A DNA stretch of 64,000 nt from Chthoniobacteraceae bacterium. Its GTDB lineage: Bacteria; Verrucomicrobiota; Verrucomicrobiia; Chthoniobacterales; Chthoniobacteraceae. The position numbers and the translations under genes are program-made. Below are positions 1 through 10,120 of the stretch, one piece after another. Positions within the stretch are counted from its first letter, which is position 1. Each line of letters opens with the position of its first letter. The notes beneath the pieces are model-generated. The model was not told where the DNA came from and did not search any database. It saw only the letters and a program-made list of their open reading frames with translations. Where the stretch lies: contig JBBCKI010000030.1 of assembly GCA_037190965.1 (NCBI GenBank), forward strand, positions 32,001 to 96,000, given 5' to 3'.

Positions 1-1
1 A

Positions 2-1177
2 GCGCTGATTGCCGCCCTCTGGAGCAATCCTGCGCGGGCGTTTGCCTCCGCGCGCTATGCAATCTGGGACGCCGGACGTATCGTTTTTCGGGCCACTCAT
101 CTCGCGGGCCTACGCTGCACGGTCGTCTCCGTGGACGATAAGTTTGATTGCGAAGCGCTGCTGCGCGATCTGGACGTTCTTTTCCCTCCCTCGAAAATTG
201 AGATTCGGCCCATGGAAAGGACCGATTGCCGGCCTTCCCTCGCCCGGCGTTTGAAGACAGGGTGGGGCGATTTCAAGCGATTCTTTCGCGGAGGCGTGCT
301 GCTGGAGAAACATACGGCATCGTCGGATTCCGAAGTCTCCTCCATCGCCGCGCGCATCGGCTTTCGCAAATGGGCGTATAATCATACGCAAACCATGGTC
401 CTCGATTACGGCGCCGCAGGCACCTTTGCGGTGAACACCGTCAACGGCTTTGGAGAATCGGTCTCCCGCAGGGAGGACGTCGCCCGGTTTCTCATTCGCG
501 CCATGGGGCAGAATCTTGCAGCGAGCCGCCGTAAATCCCGCCGAGGGCTTTTTTGCGTCCTGCTCGGGCTGGACGGTTCGGGAAAGACTTCTGTATCCCG
601 TGCTCTTTGCAACGAGACGGCAACGGAGATGCCTCTGGCGGGCGTGCGTTATTTGCATTGGATTCCCAAACCATGGGGCAAACCGGAGTTACCCCTACCC
701 ACCTTCCACAACTTCGCGCGGAATCCGGCGGAAAATCCCACCGCTGTCACGGCGATCCTTTCTGCGGCCCGCCTTCTCAAAAACCTGCTTTGTGCCCGCG
801 CGGCTTACGCGCTTCAACTGCGCCCGTGGATTTCGGGTGGCTTTCTGGTGCTGGTGGATCGGTATTACTATAACTATCTGATCGATCCCTCCTCGGTGCG
901 TTACACCGGTCCGGATTGGCTGCTTCGCGCGCTGCTGCCGCTGTTTCCACAACCCGACCTCCTGCTGGTTCTCCAAGCCGAGGCCTCTGTCCTCCTGCAA
1001 CGCAAACAGGAGATCTCCTTCGACCAGATCGTCGAGCAAACGGAGCGCCTTGCCTCCATCGGCAAACATCCCCGCGCCGTCCAAATCGACGCCAGCCAGC
1101 CGTTGAATCAGGTGGTCCAGGAGGCGCGAAGAGCCATCGCTAACGCCATGGCCCCGGGCCGAAACCCTTTATCATGA
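2..1177 (+). CDS. Thymidylate-kinase-like P-loop kinase of a polysaccharide locus (5'-truncated by the window edge)
   Basis: Frame is open from base 2, upstream of the called 131 start. P-loop GLDGSGKTS, DRYYY motif and PDLLLVL strand are typical of the TMK/NMP kinase fold. Stop overlaps the next gene (ATGA). Confidence 0.7.
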   Translation, partial: ALIAALWSNPARAFASARYAIWDAGRIVFRATHLAGLRCTVVSVDDKFDCEALLRDLDVLFPPSKIEIRPMERTDCRPSLARRLKTGWGDFKRFFRGGVLLEKHTASSDSEVSSIAARIGFRKWAYNHTQTMVLDYGAAGTFAVNTVNGFGESVSRREDVARFLIRAMGQNLAASRRKSRRGLFCVLLGLDGSGKTSVSRALCNETATEMPLAGVRYLHWIPKPWGKPELPLPTFHNFARNPAENPTAVTAILSAARLLKNLLCARAAYALQLRPWISGGFLVLVDRYYYNYLIDPSSVRYTGPDWLLRALLPLFPQPDLLLVLQAEASVLLQRKQEISFDQIVEQTERLASIGKHPRAVQIDASQPLNQVVQEARRAIANAMAPGRNPLS

Positions 1178-3516
1178 GATTGAAGGTTCTCATTTCCGCT
1201 TACGCTTGCGAGCCGGGTTGCGGTTCCGAGCCGGAAGTGGGCTGGCAGTGGGCGATCCACATGGCGCAACTGCATGACGTCACCGTCATCACTCGCCCCA
1301 ACAACCGCCCCGGCATCGAAGCCGAGCTTGCGAAGCTGCCCCAGCCGCACCCTCGGTTCATTTACCACGATCCCGCGCCGTTTTGGGTACGCCTCAAAAA
1401 GAAAGGGTTGCCGATTCCGCTCTTTTACCTGCTTTGGCAGATGAGCGTTCGCCTCTCTCTCGGCAATCGTCTGAACGAGTTCGACCTGATCCACCATATT
1501 ACCTTCAACTCGTTCCGGCAGCCTGGGTTCTGGTGGGCCTGCAAACGCCCGGTGGTTCTCGGCCCCCTGGGAGGAGGACAGATCGCGCCCTGGCAATTGC
1601 TTTCGATCTTCCCGCACACCCGGGTTTCAGAAACCGTCCGCTCTCTTTCCGTGATCGCAGCCCCGCTGCATCCTTTCATTCTCCTGAGCCTAGCCTCCGC
1701 CTCCGCGATTCTGGTGGCCAATGCCGATACCGAACGGCGCATTCCGCGCCGATGGCGGCAAAAAGTCCAGAAGATGTTGGAAACCGGCGTCCCCCCCTCG
1801 GAAGTTCGGGAGGTTGCCCCGAGCCGGGAAGAACGGGATGAAATCGGCGTCATCTGGGTGAGCCGGTTTGACGAAATCAAAGCCCCTCTGCTGGCCCTCC
1901 GGGCCTTCGCGGCGGCGGTGCAGCACGATCCCCGCCTCCGGCTCACGATGATCGGCAGCGGCCCCGACCACGAGGTCGCAAAGACAACGGCGGCAGACCT
2001 CCAGATCGCCGACAAAGTCACCTTTGCAGGCCGGATGCCTAAGGAGCAGATCCCCGCTGAGTTGGCGCGTCACGATTTTTTTCTCTTCACGAGCCTGCGG
2101 GATACTTCAGGCAATGTCCTGATCGAAGCGATGGCGGCGGGACTTCCCGCCATCTGCCTGCGACATCACGGCGCGGCGGAAATCAGCTCCGAGGAAACCG
2201 CCATCCGCGTCGAACCGGGGAACGTCGAGGAGACACTCCAGCGTCTTGCCTCGGCCATGGTGAAGCTCGCCGGCTCCGAAGAACTCCGACAGGCGATGGG
2301 CGCAAAAGCCGCCGAGCGCGTCGCCCATCATTTCCTGTGGCCCGGCAAAGCGAAACAAATGAGCGCTATCTACAATCAGGTGGTTACCGGCGTTGCTCCG
2401 ACCGGAGATATTTCCTCCGGCTCTGCTTCCAAGTTGAGCGCCCTTTTCGGCGGCCCCTCCCCGTCTTCCGCGCCCCGTAACCTCCGTATTCTAAACCGGG
2501 GCGGGATTCCGTTCCTCTTTCTTCCGCGGGAGCCCCGTGCGGCCATCACCGTGCTGGGTCTCTACCCGGCCCAACGGAGCGTGGCCCGTCTCGCCAAGAC
2601 CGCCATCGCAACCGCGTTGCAACTCCGGCTGCCGCTGCCTCTTCCCAACCTCTCAGTCTCCATTGATCCTGCCGCGCCTTTTGTACGCTTCATGGCGGGC
2701 CTCATCGGAGAGCCTCCCGGCGCGCTTCCCGTCTGGGGAATGCTCGCGGGAAACCCCAACGCCCCGGGGCAACGGCTGGTTTTCCTCGTTTTCGGCCCCG
2801 ATCTGAAACCGCGCGCCGTGGTGAAGGTGGGCCAGGGGGAGACGGCACGCCGCCTCATTACGCAGGAACTCGGCGCGCTCGCGGCGCTGCCAACCGGGCT
2901 CGCAGGAGCCCTGCGGCTGCTTGGCCAGTGGGGCGATGCCTCCACCGCCGCGCTCGCGCTGCCTTATGTTTCCGGCGAGGCTCCGTCCCCCGAAAGCCTC
3001 GACCGCGTTGCCGCCATTCTCAATGACTGGCTCCGTTTCGGAAGCGACGCGCCCCTCGATTCGCTAACCGGATGGCGAGCCATCCAGGCAACCGCCCAAG
3101 GCCGGGAGCTTTTGCCGCTCCTGCCCTCAACGCCCGCCGTCGTGCGCGCTCCGGTGACCCACGGCGATTTCGCGCCCTGGAACATCAAGGTTACCGATGG
3201 GAAAACCGGCGCCTGGACGGTGCTCGACTGGGAACGCGGCGAACTTTGCGGCGTCCCCGCCTGGGATTGGTTCCACTTCGTCCTTCAGCCTGCCGCGCTG
3301 GTGCAAAAGCTCCCCGCCGAAGCGATTGCGGAACGCGCCGAAGGGCTCCTCGCCTCCCCGGAGTTCCGCCAATACGCCGAAGCCGCGCGAATTACCGGGC
3401 TCGAACGCGTCCTCCTCCTCGGCTACCTCGTCCACTGCACCGAGGTGATCCGGCAGACCGAAGGAGCCCCGGCGCTCTCCGGAGCGCGCGACCTTTTGCT
3501 GAAACGCTGGCGGTAA
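1174..3516 (+). CDS. GT4-family glycosyltransferase fused to a C-terminal APH/choline-kinase-like phosphotransferase domain
   Basis: N-terminal KVLISAYACEPG-GSE and GT-B motif DTSGNVLIEAMAAGLP. C-terminal HGDFAPWNI and VLDWE kinase catalytic/metal motifs. Confidence 0.8.
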   Translation: MRLKVLISAYACEPGCGSEPEVGWQWAIHMAQLHDVTVITRPNNRPGIEAELAKLPQPHPRFIYHDPAPFWVRLKKKGLPIPLFYLLWQMSVRLSLGNRLNEFDLIHHITFNSFRQPGFWWACKRPVVLGPLGGGQIAPWQLLSIFPHTRVSETVRSLSVIAAPLHPFILLSLASASAILVANADTERRIPRRWRQKVQKMLETGVPPSEVREVAPSREERDEIGVIWVSRFDEIKAPLLALRAFAAAVQHDPRLRLTMIGSGPDHEVAKTTAADLQIADKVTFAGRMPKEQIPAELARHDFFLFTSLRDTSGNVLIEAMAAGLPAICLRHHGAAEISSEETAIRVEPGNVEETLQRLASAMVKLAGSEELRQAMGAKAAERVAHHFLWPGKAKQMSAIYNQVVTGVAPTGDISSGSASKLSALFGGPSPSSAPRNLRILNRGGIPFLFLPREPRAAITVLGLYPAQRSVARLAKTAIATALQLRLPLPLPNLSVSIDPAAPFVRFMAGLIGEPPGALPVWGMLAGNPNAPGQRLVFLVFGPDLKPRAVVKVGQGETARRLITQELGALAALPTGLAGALRLLGQWGDASTAALALPYVSGEAPSPESLDRVAAILNDWLRFGSDAPLDSLTGWRAIQATAQGRELLPLLPSTPAVVRAPVTHGDFAPWNIKVTDGKTGAWTVLDWERGELCGVPAWDWFHFVLQPAALVQKLPAEAIAERAEGLLASPEFRQYAEAARITGLERVLLLGYLVHCTEVIRQTEGAPALSGARDLLLKRWR

Positions 3517-3570
3517 AGTGAGTCCAACAAGCCCGGAGGGACGCTGAAAATTGGCCACAAGAATGGACAA

Positions 3571-3732
3571 GGTAGTCCGCTCGCGCCGTCGAGCGCGGGC
3601 ATCGGTGAAGAACCGCTTTTGGCGCTCATCCCCGCAAGACGGGCTGCCGGGATTGGGATGCGGCCCTCATGGAGCCACGGGAGCCGAACCCCGCGCTCGA
3701 CGGAGCGAGCGGGCTACCGGTGCTGCCGCACC
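3571..3732 (-). repeat. GTAG-tagged REP-doublet (REPIN/MITE-like) element, copy 1
   Basis: GGTAG-tagged imperfect palindromes in inverted orientation at both ends, internal CATCCC/GGGATG pair, terminal GGTGC-GGCA-GCACC hairpin on the minus strand. Lies between convergent genes. Confidence 0.9.
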
Positions 3733-3758
3733 GCCTAGTTTCTGATGGCCATGTTTTC

Positions 3759-4379
3759 TTATCGAGCTGGCTCCTTTCCCTGCTTTTCCTTGAGCCGATA
3801 ATACTCGTACCGCTTCAAGATCGTCTCCACATAGGCGCGGGTGGAAGGGAAGGCGATGCTCTCGCGGAATTCCCCGGCATTGACGGCGTCGCCCGATTTG
3901 CTGGCGGCGATCCAGCCGTTCACGCGCCGCTTTCCGGCGTTGTATTGCGCCAGGGCGAACGGAACGGGATCGTCCTTTCCCTTCCAGTGCCCGAGCGCGC
4001 GCTTGAGATACCATGCCCCGATTTCCAGATTCATCCGGGGCGAGAAAAGGTCAGTGGGGACGAAATTTTCGATCTTGTTCGCCTTCACCCAATCCGCAGC
4101 CGCCGCCTCGCCCACCTGCATGAGCCCCCGCTCGCCGCTGCTGCCTGTTTTATCAGGGTGAAACTCGCTCTCTCTCCAGACAACCGCTTTGACTAATAAT
4201 GGATCGAGCCCGTGTTTTGCCGCGACATCGGCGATCATCGCATCATAGCGATAAAACCGCCCCCAGCTTACCCATTCCGCGGCGAGATAGCGCGGATCCG
4301 GCGAACGATAGAGGGCCACGCCCACGCCCAAAACGGCGGCAAGCGACAGCAGGAAAACGACTTTGGCAACCCAACGCAT
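3759..4379 (-). CDS. Lytic transglycosylase (SLT domain), membrane anchored
   Basis: N-terminal TM; motifs AVVWRES (catalytic Glu), GLMQV, AQYNAG. Confidence 0.9.
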   Translation of the reverse strand: MRWVAKVVFLLSLAAVLGVGVALYRSPDPRYLAAEWVSWGRFYRYDAMIADVAAKHGLDPLLVKAVVWRESEFHPDKTGSSGERGLMQVGEAAAADWVKANKIENFVPTDLFSPRMNLEIGAWYLKRALGHWKGKDDPVPFALAQYNAGKRRVNGWIAASKSGDAVNAGEFRESIAFPSTRAYVETILKRYEYYRLKEKQGKEPAR

Positions 4380-4451
4380 ACAAAAGACTCCGCAGCATAC
4401 CTCATTTCAAAAAAACTTCACCTCCAACGGCAATCCGGCCACTCTTGAGCG

Positions 4452-6740
4452 ATGAAATTCGCGCGTGTGCTGGTCGATCAATCGGGGAGCACCGCGCTCG
4501 ATTACGCCGTCCCCCCGGATATGGAGGCGCAGGTGCAGATCGGCTCCCGCGTGGCCGTGCAAATCCGCCACCGCAAGGCGCTCGCCACCGTCATCGAACT
4601 CCTTGAGGAAAGCGACGTCCCCGGCTTGCGACCTCTGGACAAAGTGATCGGTCAACGCCCGGTCCTGAGCCCCAATCTCCTTCGGCTCGCCCGCTGGATG
4701 GCGGAGTACTACTGTTGCCCGGTGGAGACCGCCATGCGGGCCGTGCTACCGCAGGTGATCCGCAAGGGCGAAGTCGGCTTCAAGCAGCAGCTTGCCGCGA
4801 GGCTGGTCCGTCCGGTGGACGACGCGCTGCTCGCCGAACTCGAAAAACGCGCGCCGAAGCAGGCCGGCATTGTGGAAACCCTTCGAAGCATCCCCCCCTC
4901 CACCGAAGATCAACAGGCTCCGCCCCCCGGGTCCACACCACCGGCCTTCGGCTCCATGCACGTCTCCGCACTCCTTAAAAAGGCCGGGGCCGATCGCGCT
5001 TCGCTGGCCGCACTGGTACGCAAAGGGCTTGTTTCCACGGCAACGGAAACCGTCTCCCGCGATCCGCACGAGCGGGAAACTTTCGTCGCCGCCTCCCCGC
5101 ACCCTCTCAACGAAGAGCAGGTTGTCGTTTTTGAACAGGTCTGCCGGGCGTTGGACAAAGCCGACAGCCCCAATGCCGCGCCCAAACCGATCCTCCTCCT
5201 CGGTGTCACCGGCAGCGGCAAGACGGAGATTTATCTTCAGGCCATCCAGCGGGTGCTCGACCGTGGGGAAAGTGCCATCATGCTGGTGCCCGAGATCGCG
5301 CTGACCCCGCAAACGGTGGAACGCTTCAAGAGCCGGTTCGCCTCGATCCAGGGCGAAGTCGCCGTGCTCCATAGCCACCTCTCCGAGGGCGAACGCCACG
5401 ACGAATGGCACAAGATCAACGATGGCCGGGCAAAGATCGTCATCGGAGCGCGTAGCGCCATTTTCGCGCCGCTCGATCGCCTCGGCCTGATCGTCGTCGA
5501 TGAGGAGCACGAGAACTCCTACAAGCAGGAGGATGCCCCTCGCTATCATGCCCGCGATCTCGCCGTGCTGCGCGGGACCTTCGAGCAATGCGCCGTGCTG
5601 CTCGGGAGCGCCACGCCCTCATTGGAGAGCTTTCACAACGCCAGCACCGGCAAGTACCAGCTATTGCGCATGAACCTGCGCGTGGATGACCGCAAGCTCC
5701 CTTACTTCCGCATCATCGATATGCGGCTGGAAAAGCGCGGAGAAAAGGGCCCCTCCATCATCTCCGAGAAGATGAGACAAGCCATTGAGGCGCGCATCGC
5801 CCGCAAGGAACAGTCGATTTTGTTCCTCAACCGGCGTGGCTTCTCCACCTCGCTCTCCTGCAACGCCTGCGGCTTCGTGGCGCGATGTCCGAACTGCTCG
5901 GTCTCCCTCACGTTTCACCGCGCGGAGAACCGGATCGTCTGCCACATCTGCGGTCACCTTGCGCTCGCGCCCTCCAAGTGTCCCGACTGCAAAGACCCTG
6001 GGATCAAATACACCGGCATCGGCACCGAGAAAGTCGAGGAAGCCGTCGCGCGCCTCTTCCCGAAAGCCACCGTGCGCCGCATGGACGCCGACACGATGAC
6101 CCGCAAGGAGGCGTACCGGGAAACGCTCACCGCGTTCCGCAGCGGCAAGATCGATATTCTGCTCGGCACGCAGATGATCGCCAAAGGGCTGCACTTCCCC
6201 AACGTCACGCTGGTCGGCATCATCAACGCCGACCTCGGCCTGCACCTCCCGGACTTCCGGGCGGGCGAACGAACCTTCCAACTCCTCACGCAGGTGGCAG
6301 GCCGCGCGGGCCGTGGCGACATCGAGGGCGAAGTCTTCGTCCAGAGCTTCACGCCGCACCACCCGGCCATCCAGTTCGCGCGGCATCACGACTTCGACGG
6401 TTTCGCTGAACAGGAGATCGAATGGCGCAAGCAATGGGAATACCCGCCGTTCAGCAAGATGGTGCTGATCACCGCCCGCTCCCCGCATCAGGAACGCGGC
6501 AGCTTCTCCATGGAGACGCTCGCACGAAAACTGAAGGAGCTTCTCCCGCCCAACACCACCCTGAGCGATCCATCCCCCGCGCCACTGGAGAAAAGCCATG
6601 GCAATTTCCGCTTCCACCTGATGCTGCGTACCGGCTCGATCAAGAAGCTCTCGCGCGCGTTGAATGAAGTGCTGGGCAGGCTGACCTTTCCGGAGGAGGT
6701 GGTGGTGACAGTGGATGTGGATCCTTATCAGTTGCTCTGA
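4452..6740 (+). CDS. priA: Primosomal protein N' (replication restart helicase)
   Basis: GVTGSGKTE Walker A, DEEH, four CxxC Zn motifs, GTQMIAKGLHFP, QVAGRAGR, C-terminal DVDP. Confidence 0.97.
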   Translation: MKFARVLVDQSGSTALDYAVPPDMEAQVQIGSRVAVQIRHRKALATVIELLEESDVPGLRPLDKVIGQRPVLSPNLLRLARWMAEYYCCPVETAMRAVLPQVIRKGEVGFKQQLAARLVRPVDDALLAELEKRAPKQAGIVETLRSIPPSTEDQQAPPPGSTPPAFGSMHVSALLKKAGADRASLAALVRKGLVSTATETVSRDPHERETFVAASPHPLNEEQVVVFEQVCRALDKADSPNAAPKPILLLGVTGSGKTEIYLQAIQRVLDRGESAIMLVPEIALTPQTVERFKSRFASIQGEVAVLHSHLSEGERHDEWHKINDGRAKIVIGARSAIFAPLDRLGLIVVDEEHENSYKQEDAPRYHARDLAVLRGTFEQCAVLLGSATPSLESFHNASTGKYQLLRMNLRVDDRKLPYFRIIDMRLEKRGEKGPSIISEKMRQAIEARIARKEQSILFLNRRGFSTSLSCNACGFVARCPNCSVSLTFHRAENRIVCHICGHLALAPSKCPDCKDPGIKYTGIGTEKVEEAVARLFPKATVRRMDADTMTRKEAYRETLTAFRSGKIDILLGTQMIAKGLHFPNVTLVGIINADLGLHLPDFRAGERTFQLLTQVAGRAGRGDIEGEVFVQSFTPHHPAIQFARHHDFDGFAEQEIEWRKQWEYPPFSKMVLITARSPHQERGSFSMETLARKLKELLPPNTTLSDPSPAPLEKSHGNFRFHLMLRTGSIKKLSRALNEVLGRLTFPEEVVVTVDVDPYQLL

Positions 6741-6773
6741 CTACAGTACGCGCAGCAACCTACGCCGCCGCAA

Positions 6774-7349
6774 TCAGCGATAACCCTGTGGCACGAGTTT
6801 CGCCGCGAGGGGTTCGACGGCATGAGCAACCCGCCAGACCTCGTTGAACGAGGTACCTTCCTGACCACTCACATGGACGATTCGAGACCCTTTTCGATAA
6901 CTGATCCATCCGCCGTGGGTTTTGACTTTTTCACCCTTCCTTAGTGGTTTCCGACCGTGATACCTCTCGTCCTCGTAATTAAAGAACCGAGCCGCATCGC
7001 CCGGCATCTCTTTCTCATAAGTCGGCTCCGGAAAATACCATGCAGCGGGACGACGAAAAGCCCTCCATGCACTGAATCGGTTGCTATAGCGTTCTACCTC
7101 AATATTGAGTCCACCGTTAAAATGCCAGGAGACACCCCCATCGCTGTCATACCTTCTCGCCTTCCCAAAGTCGCGAATCTCCCCCAAGGCGCCCAACATC
7201 ACCGGTTCATATTTTTCCAAGCGGGCCGGTCCAAAGACATTATCTTCCAAGGTCCGGTAGCCGTGCACTACGGCAAGAATTCCAGCCAATGCCGATCCTA
7301 TAGTGACAATCCTCTGCCATCTCCGCTTCCAGAGGGATTTTTCGCTCAT
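6774..7349 (-). CDS. Hypothetical protein with a single N-terminal TM segment
   Basis: Only long ORF in the gap. Basic N-terminus followed by hydrophobic IVTIGSALAGILAVV. Start chosen at MSEKSL; visibly lower GC than neighbours. Confidence 0.6.
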   Translation of the reverse strand: MSEKSLWKRRWQRIVTIGSALAGILAVVHGYRTLEDNVFGPARLEKYEPVMLGALGEIRDFGKARRYDSDGGVSWHFNGGLNIEVERYSNRFSAWRAFRRPAAWYFPEPTYEKEMPGDAARFFNYEDERYHGRKPLRKGEKVKTHGGWISYRKGSRIVHVSGQEGTSFNEVWRVAHAVEPLAAKLVPQGYR

Positions 7350-7463
7350 GGATCGGCTGTATAACATCCGCATCCAGATACATCAAGCCACGCCATCCAT
7401 GGTGCAAAGAAGATAAAAAACCCGACAGGCAGAACCCAAAGGGAAAGCGCTCCCTGCCAAACT

Positions 7464-7624
7464 GGTGCGGCAGCACCGGTAGCCCGCTCGCGCCGTCGAG
7501 CGCGGGTATCGGCACCCGAAGCTTCACGAGGGCCGCATCCCAATACCAAGAACCCGTCCTCCGGGGATGGACACCAAACGCGACTCGTAAACCGATCCCG
7601 CGCTCTCGGCGAGCGCGGGCTACC
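7464..7624 (+). repeat. GTAG-tagged REP-doublet element, copy 2
   Basis: GGTGCGGCAGCACC + GGTAGCCCGCTCGCGCCGTCGAGCGCGGG ... CCCGCGCTCTCGGCGAGCGCGGGCTACC. Confidence 0.92.
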
Positions 7625-7754
7625 TCGCTGGCGGCCTCACTACCCGCTGGAGAAAGCGCTTGCCTCCGTGGCCCGGGGGCTTACCTTCCTCGCTCCATCC
7701 GGACCAAAACCCAAGGGGCATGATTGCGGTCCATATTTTGGGAATCCTACACCA

Positions 7755-8870
7755 TTGAAAATTTTTAAGACACTGGGAGTCCGGGACGATTTGATCCAGG
7801 GGCTGGAAGAACTCGGGATCACGACGCCGACGCCGATTCAGCGGGAGGCGATTCCATACCTGTTGACGAATGGCGGGGACTTCATCGCGCAGGCCCAGAC
7901 AGGCACCGGGAAAACGGCGGCCTTCGGCATCCCGCTGCTGATGGGACTCGACCCCAAGCTCAAACAAATTCAGGCCGTGGTGGTCTCTCCCACGCGCGAA
8001 CTTGCAAAGCAAATCGGCAAACAACTCTTCCGCTACACCAAATACTGCGCCGAGAAGATCTTCGTGGAAGTATTGACCGGCGGGGACAAGATCGATCGAC
8101 AAGCGGCGGCATTGCAACGCCCGACCCATGTGGTGGTCGTGACGCCGGGCCGACTGCTGGATTTGCTGGACCGGAAGGCACTGACTCTCGATGCGGTAAA
8201 GCTGCTGGTCCTCGATGAAGCCGATGAGCTGTTGAACCTCGGGTTCCGCAAGGAAGTGGCGGCGATTTGCACGCGAACCAACGGACGCAAGGCCACCTGG
8301 CTATTCTCCGCCACAATTCCGGCCGGGGTGCGGCAGTTGATCACAGACTATATGTCGCCTCAGGCCCACACGTTGAGGATCGATCAACGGCACGTCGTCA
8401 ACCGTGACATCTCCCACCGGTTCATGGTCTGCCAGATCAAAGAAAAAACATCACTGATCGCCAGTTTCCTCCGAAGCCAGGGCGATGAGCGCGGCGTGAT
8501 CTTTTGCCGGACCAAAGCGGGAGCGACCAAGCTATTCGACGAACTCACCGAGCGCGGGCTTTCGCTAGGCGTTTTGCAGGGCGACTTGATGCAGACAGAG
8601 CGGGACAAAGTGCTGCGCTCCTTCCGCAAAGGGAGGTTCCAGTTCCTGATCGCAACCGACGTCGCCGCGCGTGGGATCGATGTGGAAGGCCTTGCCTTTG
8701 TCCTCCACCATCAACTGCCGGACCAGGTCGATCACTACACACACCGTAGCGGCAGGACCGGACGTGCGGGACGTGAGGGCGTCTCCATCGCCTTGATCAC
8801 CCCTTCGGAAAAACGGGACATCGCCAAGCTGGGGCAAATCCTCGGGCTTCGCTTTGTGGAGATGAGGTAA
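7755..8870 (+). CDS. DEAD-box RNA helicase (core domains only)
   Basis: Q motif PTPIQ, AQTGTGKT, PTRELA, TPGRL, DEAD, SAT, ARGID, HRSGRTGRAG. Likely TTG start at 7755. Confidence 0.93.
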   Translation: MKIFKTLGVRDDLIQGLEELGITTPTPIQREAIPYLLTNGGDFIAQAQTGTGKTAAFGIPLLMGLDPKLKQIQAVVVSPTRELAKQIGKQLFRYTKYCAEKIFVEVLTGGDKIDRQAAALQRPTHVVVVTPGRLLDLLDRKALTLDAVKLLVLDEADELLNLGFRKEVAAICTRTNGRKATWLFSATIPAGVRQLITDYMSPQAHTLRIDQRHVVNRDISHRFMVCQIKEKTSLIASFLRSQGDERGVIFCRTKAGATKLFDELTERGLSLGVLQGDLMQTERDKVLRSFRKGRFQFLIATDVAARGIDVEGLAFVLHHQLPDQVDHYTHRSGRTGRAGREGVSIALITPSEKRDIAKLGQILGLRFVEMR

Positions 8871-8991
8871 CGGGCGAGCTGTTTTATCGGCTGCGAGACG
8901 GGCTGATGGTGTTGGGATGCAGCCGCAAGGGAGGAAGGGGAGCCGATACCCGCGCTCGGCGGCGCGAGCGGACTACCGGTGCTTCCGCACC
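8866..8991 (-). repeat. GTAG-tagged REP-doublet element, copy 3 (one end degenerate)
   Basis: CCCGCGCTCGGCGGCGCGAGCGGACTACC followed by GGTGCTTCCGCACC (GGAA loop on the minus strand). Lies between the convergent helicase and rlmH. Confidence 0.85.
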
Positions 8992-8999
8992 GTTGCGGA

Positions 9000-9440
9000 T
9001 CAATCGCGATGATAAGGCAAACCGGCCTTGATGGTATAGGCGCGATAGAGTTGCTCATAGAGAACCACGAGCGCCAGTTCATGCTGGAGTGTCAGCTTGC
9101 TCAAGCCCCACTTCCAATTCGCGGCACGTCGAAGCTCCTCGGTATGGCCGTCGGACCCGCCAATCAGCAACGCGACGGTTTTGACGCTTTGCTGCTCCCA
9201 CGCGGAGATCTTTTCCGCGAACGCTCGACTAGTCACCTGCTCGCCCCGCTCATCCAGGACGATCCGAAACATGCCTTCACTGCGTTGCAACAGCAGAGCG
9301 CTTTCCGCCTCGCGCGTGGAGGCCCTGAGGTATTCCGTCTTCACGTTGGCGAACCCCCGCAAACGCCCCGCGTACTCCTCGATTCCAGCCCGGGCAAAGC
9401 CCAACTTCGGTTTCCCGATGGCAAACACGACCCAGTTCAT
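9000..9440 (-). CDS. rlmH: 23S rRNA (pseudouridine-1915-N3)-methyltransferase
   Basis: LDERG, IGGSDG, LSKLTLQHELA..VLYEQLYRA..I..G.PYHR SPOUT motifs. Confidence 0.95.
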   Translation of the reverse strand: MNWVVFAIGKPKLGFARAGIEEYAGRLRGFANVKTEYLRASTREAESALLLQRSEGMFRIVLDERGEQVTSRAFAEKISAWEQQSVKTVALLIGGSDGHTEELRRAANWKWGLSKLTLQHELALVVLYEQLYRAYTIKAGLPYHRD

Positions 9441-9442
9441 CG

Positions 9443-10120
9443 CTATTTCCCGTAAAGCCGGCTATTCTCTTCGAGGTCTTTGACGACCGTGCAGAGATAG
9501 ACGGGCTCGGGATGCAGTTTTTCGTATTTGGAGATTCGCGCCTTGTTGATGACACGGAAGCCGTACCGCTCGAACATCTTTGAACCCCGTCGGCTTTCGT
9601 AGGTCACCATCTGCCCGTAAACACGCCGCTCGCCGCACTCATGCAAGTATTCGAGATAGGCGTCCATGATTGCCCGGGTCGTGGAGACATTGCGCGCATC
9701 GGGCAGCAGGTTGATGTGGAAGTGCGCGCAGCTTCGGGGCGCGGCGGGGACCTCCCGCCAGCCGTTGCAGAAGACCCATTTTACGAATGCGCGGGAGGCG
9801 GCGCTGTAGCCGGGATAGCGAACGATGCCCCGGAGAAAGATGCTAAGGTTCTGGTACAGGTTATAGAGCTGCTGCCGGAACGGAAAACGGGACCCGAGCA
9901 AATACCCCCGCACTTCGCCATTGACCTCCAGCACGAAGGAAGACTCCGGCTCCCAGTCGGTGTAGTAGGCGCTCAGGTAATCGGCAAACAACTCGCGGTC
10001 TTCGAAGACCGGGTCGATCGGGTTGCCTAAAAACCCGGTGTCGCAGCAGAGGCGGCGAACGCTTTCGCGGTCGTCCGGATGGTACTTGCGGATGTTGAAA
10101 TTTCGCCCGGCTTCATCCAT
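9443..10120 (-). CDS. GNAT-family N-acetyltransferase
   Basis: IRKYHPDD start, FVLEVNGEVRGYLLG, AHFHINLLP, MFERYGF. Start MDEAG overlaps the upstream GT stop. Confidence 0.8.
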   Translation of the reverse strand: MDEAGRNFNIRKYHPDDRESVRRLCCDTGFLGNPIDPVFEDRELFADYLSAYYTDWEPESSFVLEVNGEVRGYLLGSRFPFRQQLYNLYQNLSIFLRGIVRYPGYSAASRAFVKWVFCNGWREVPAAPRSCAHFHINLLPDARNVSTTRAIMDAYLEYLHECGERRVYGQMVTYESRRGSKMFERYGFRVINKARISKYEKLHPEPVYLCTVVKDLEENSRLYGK

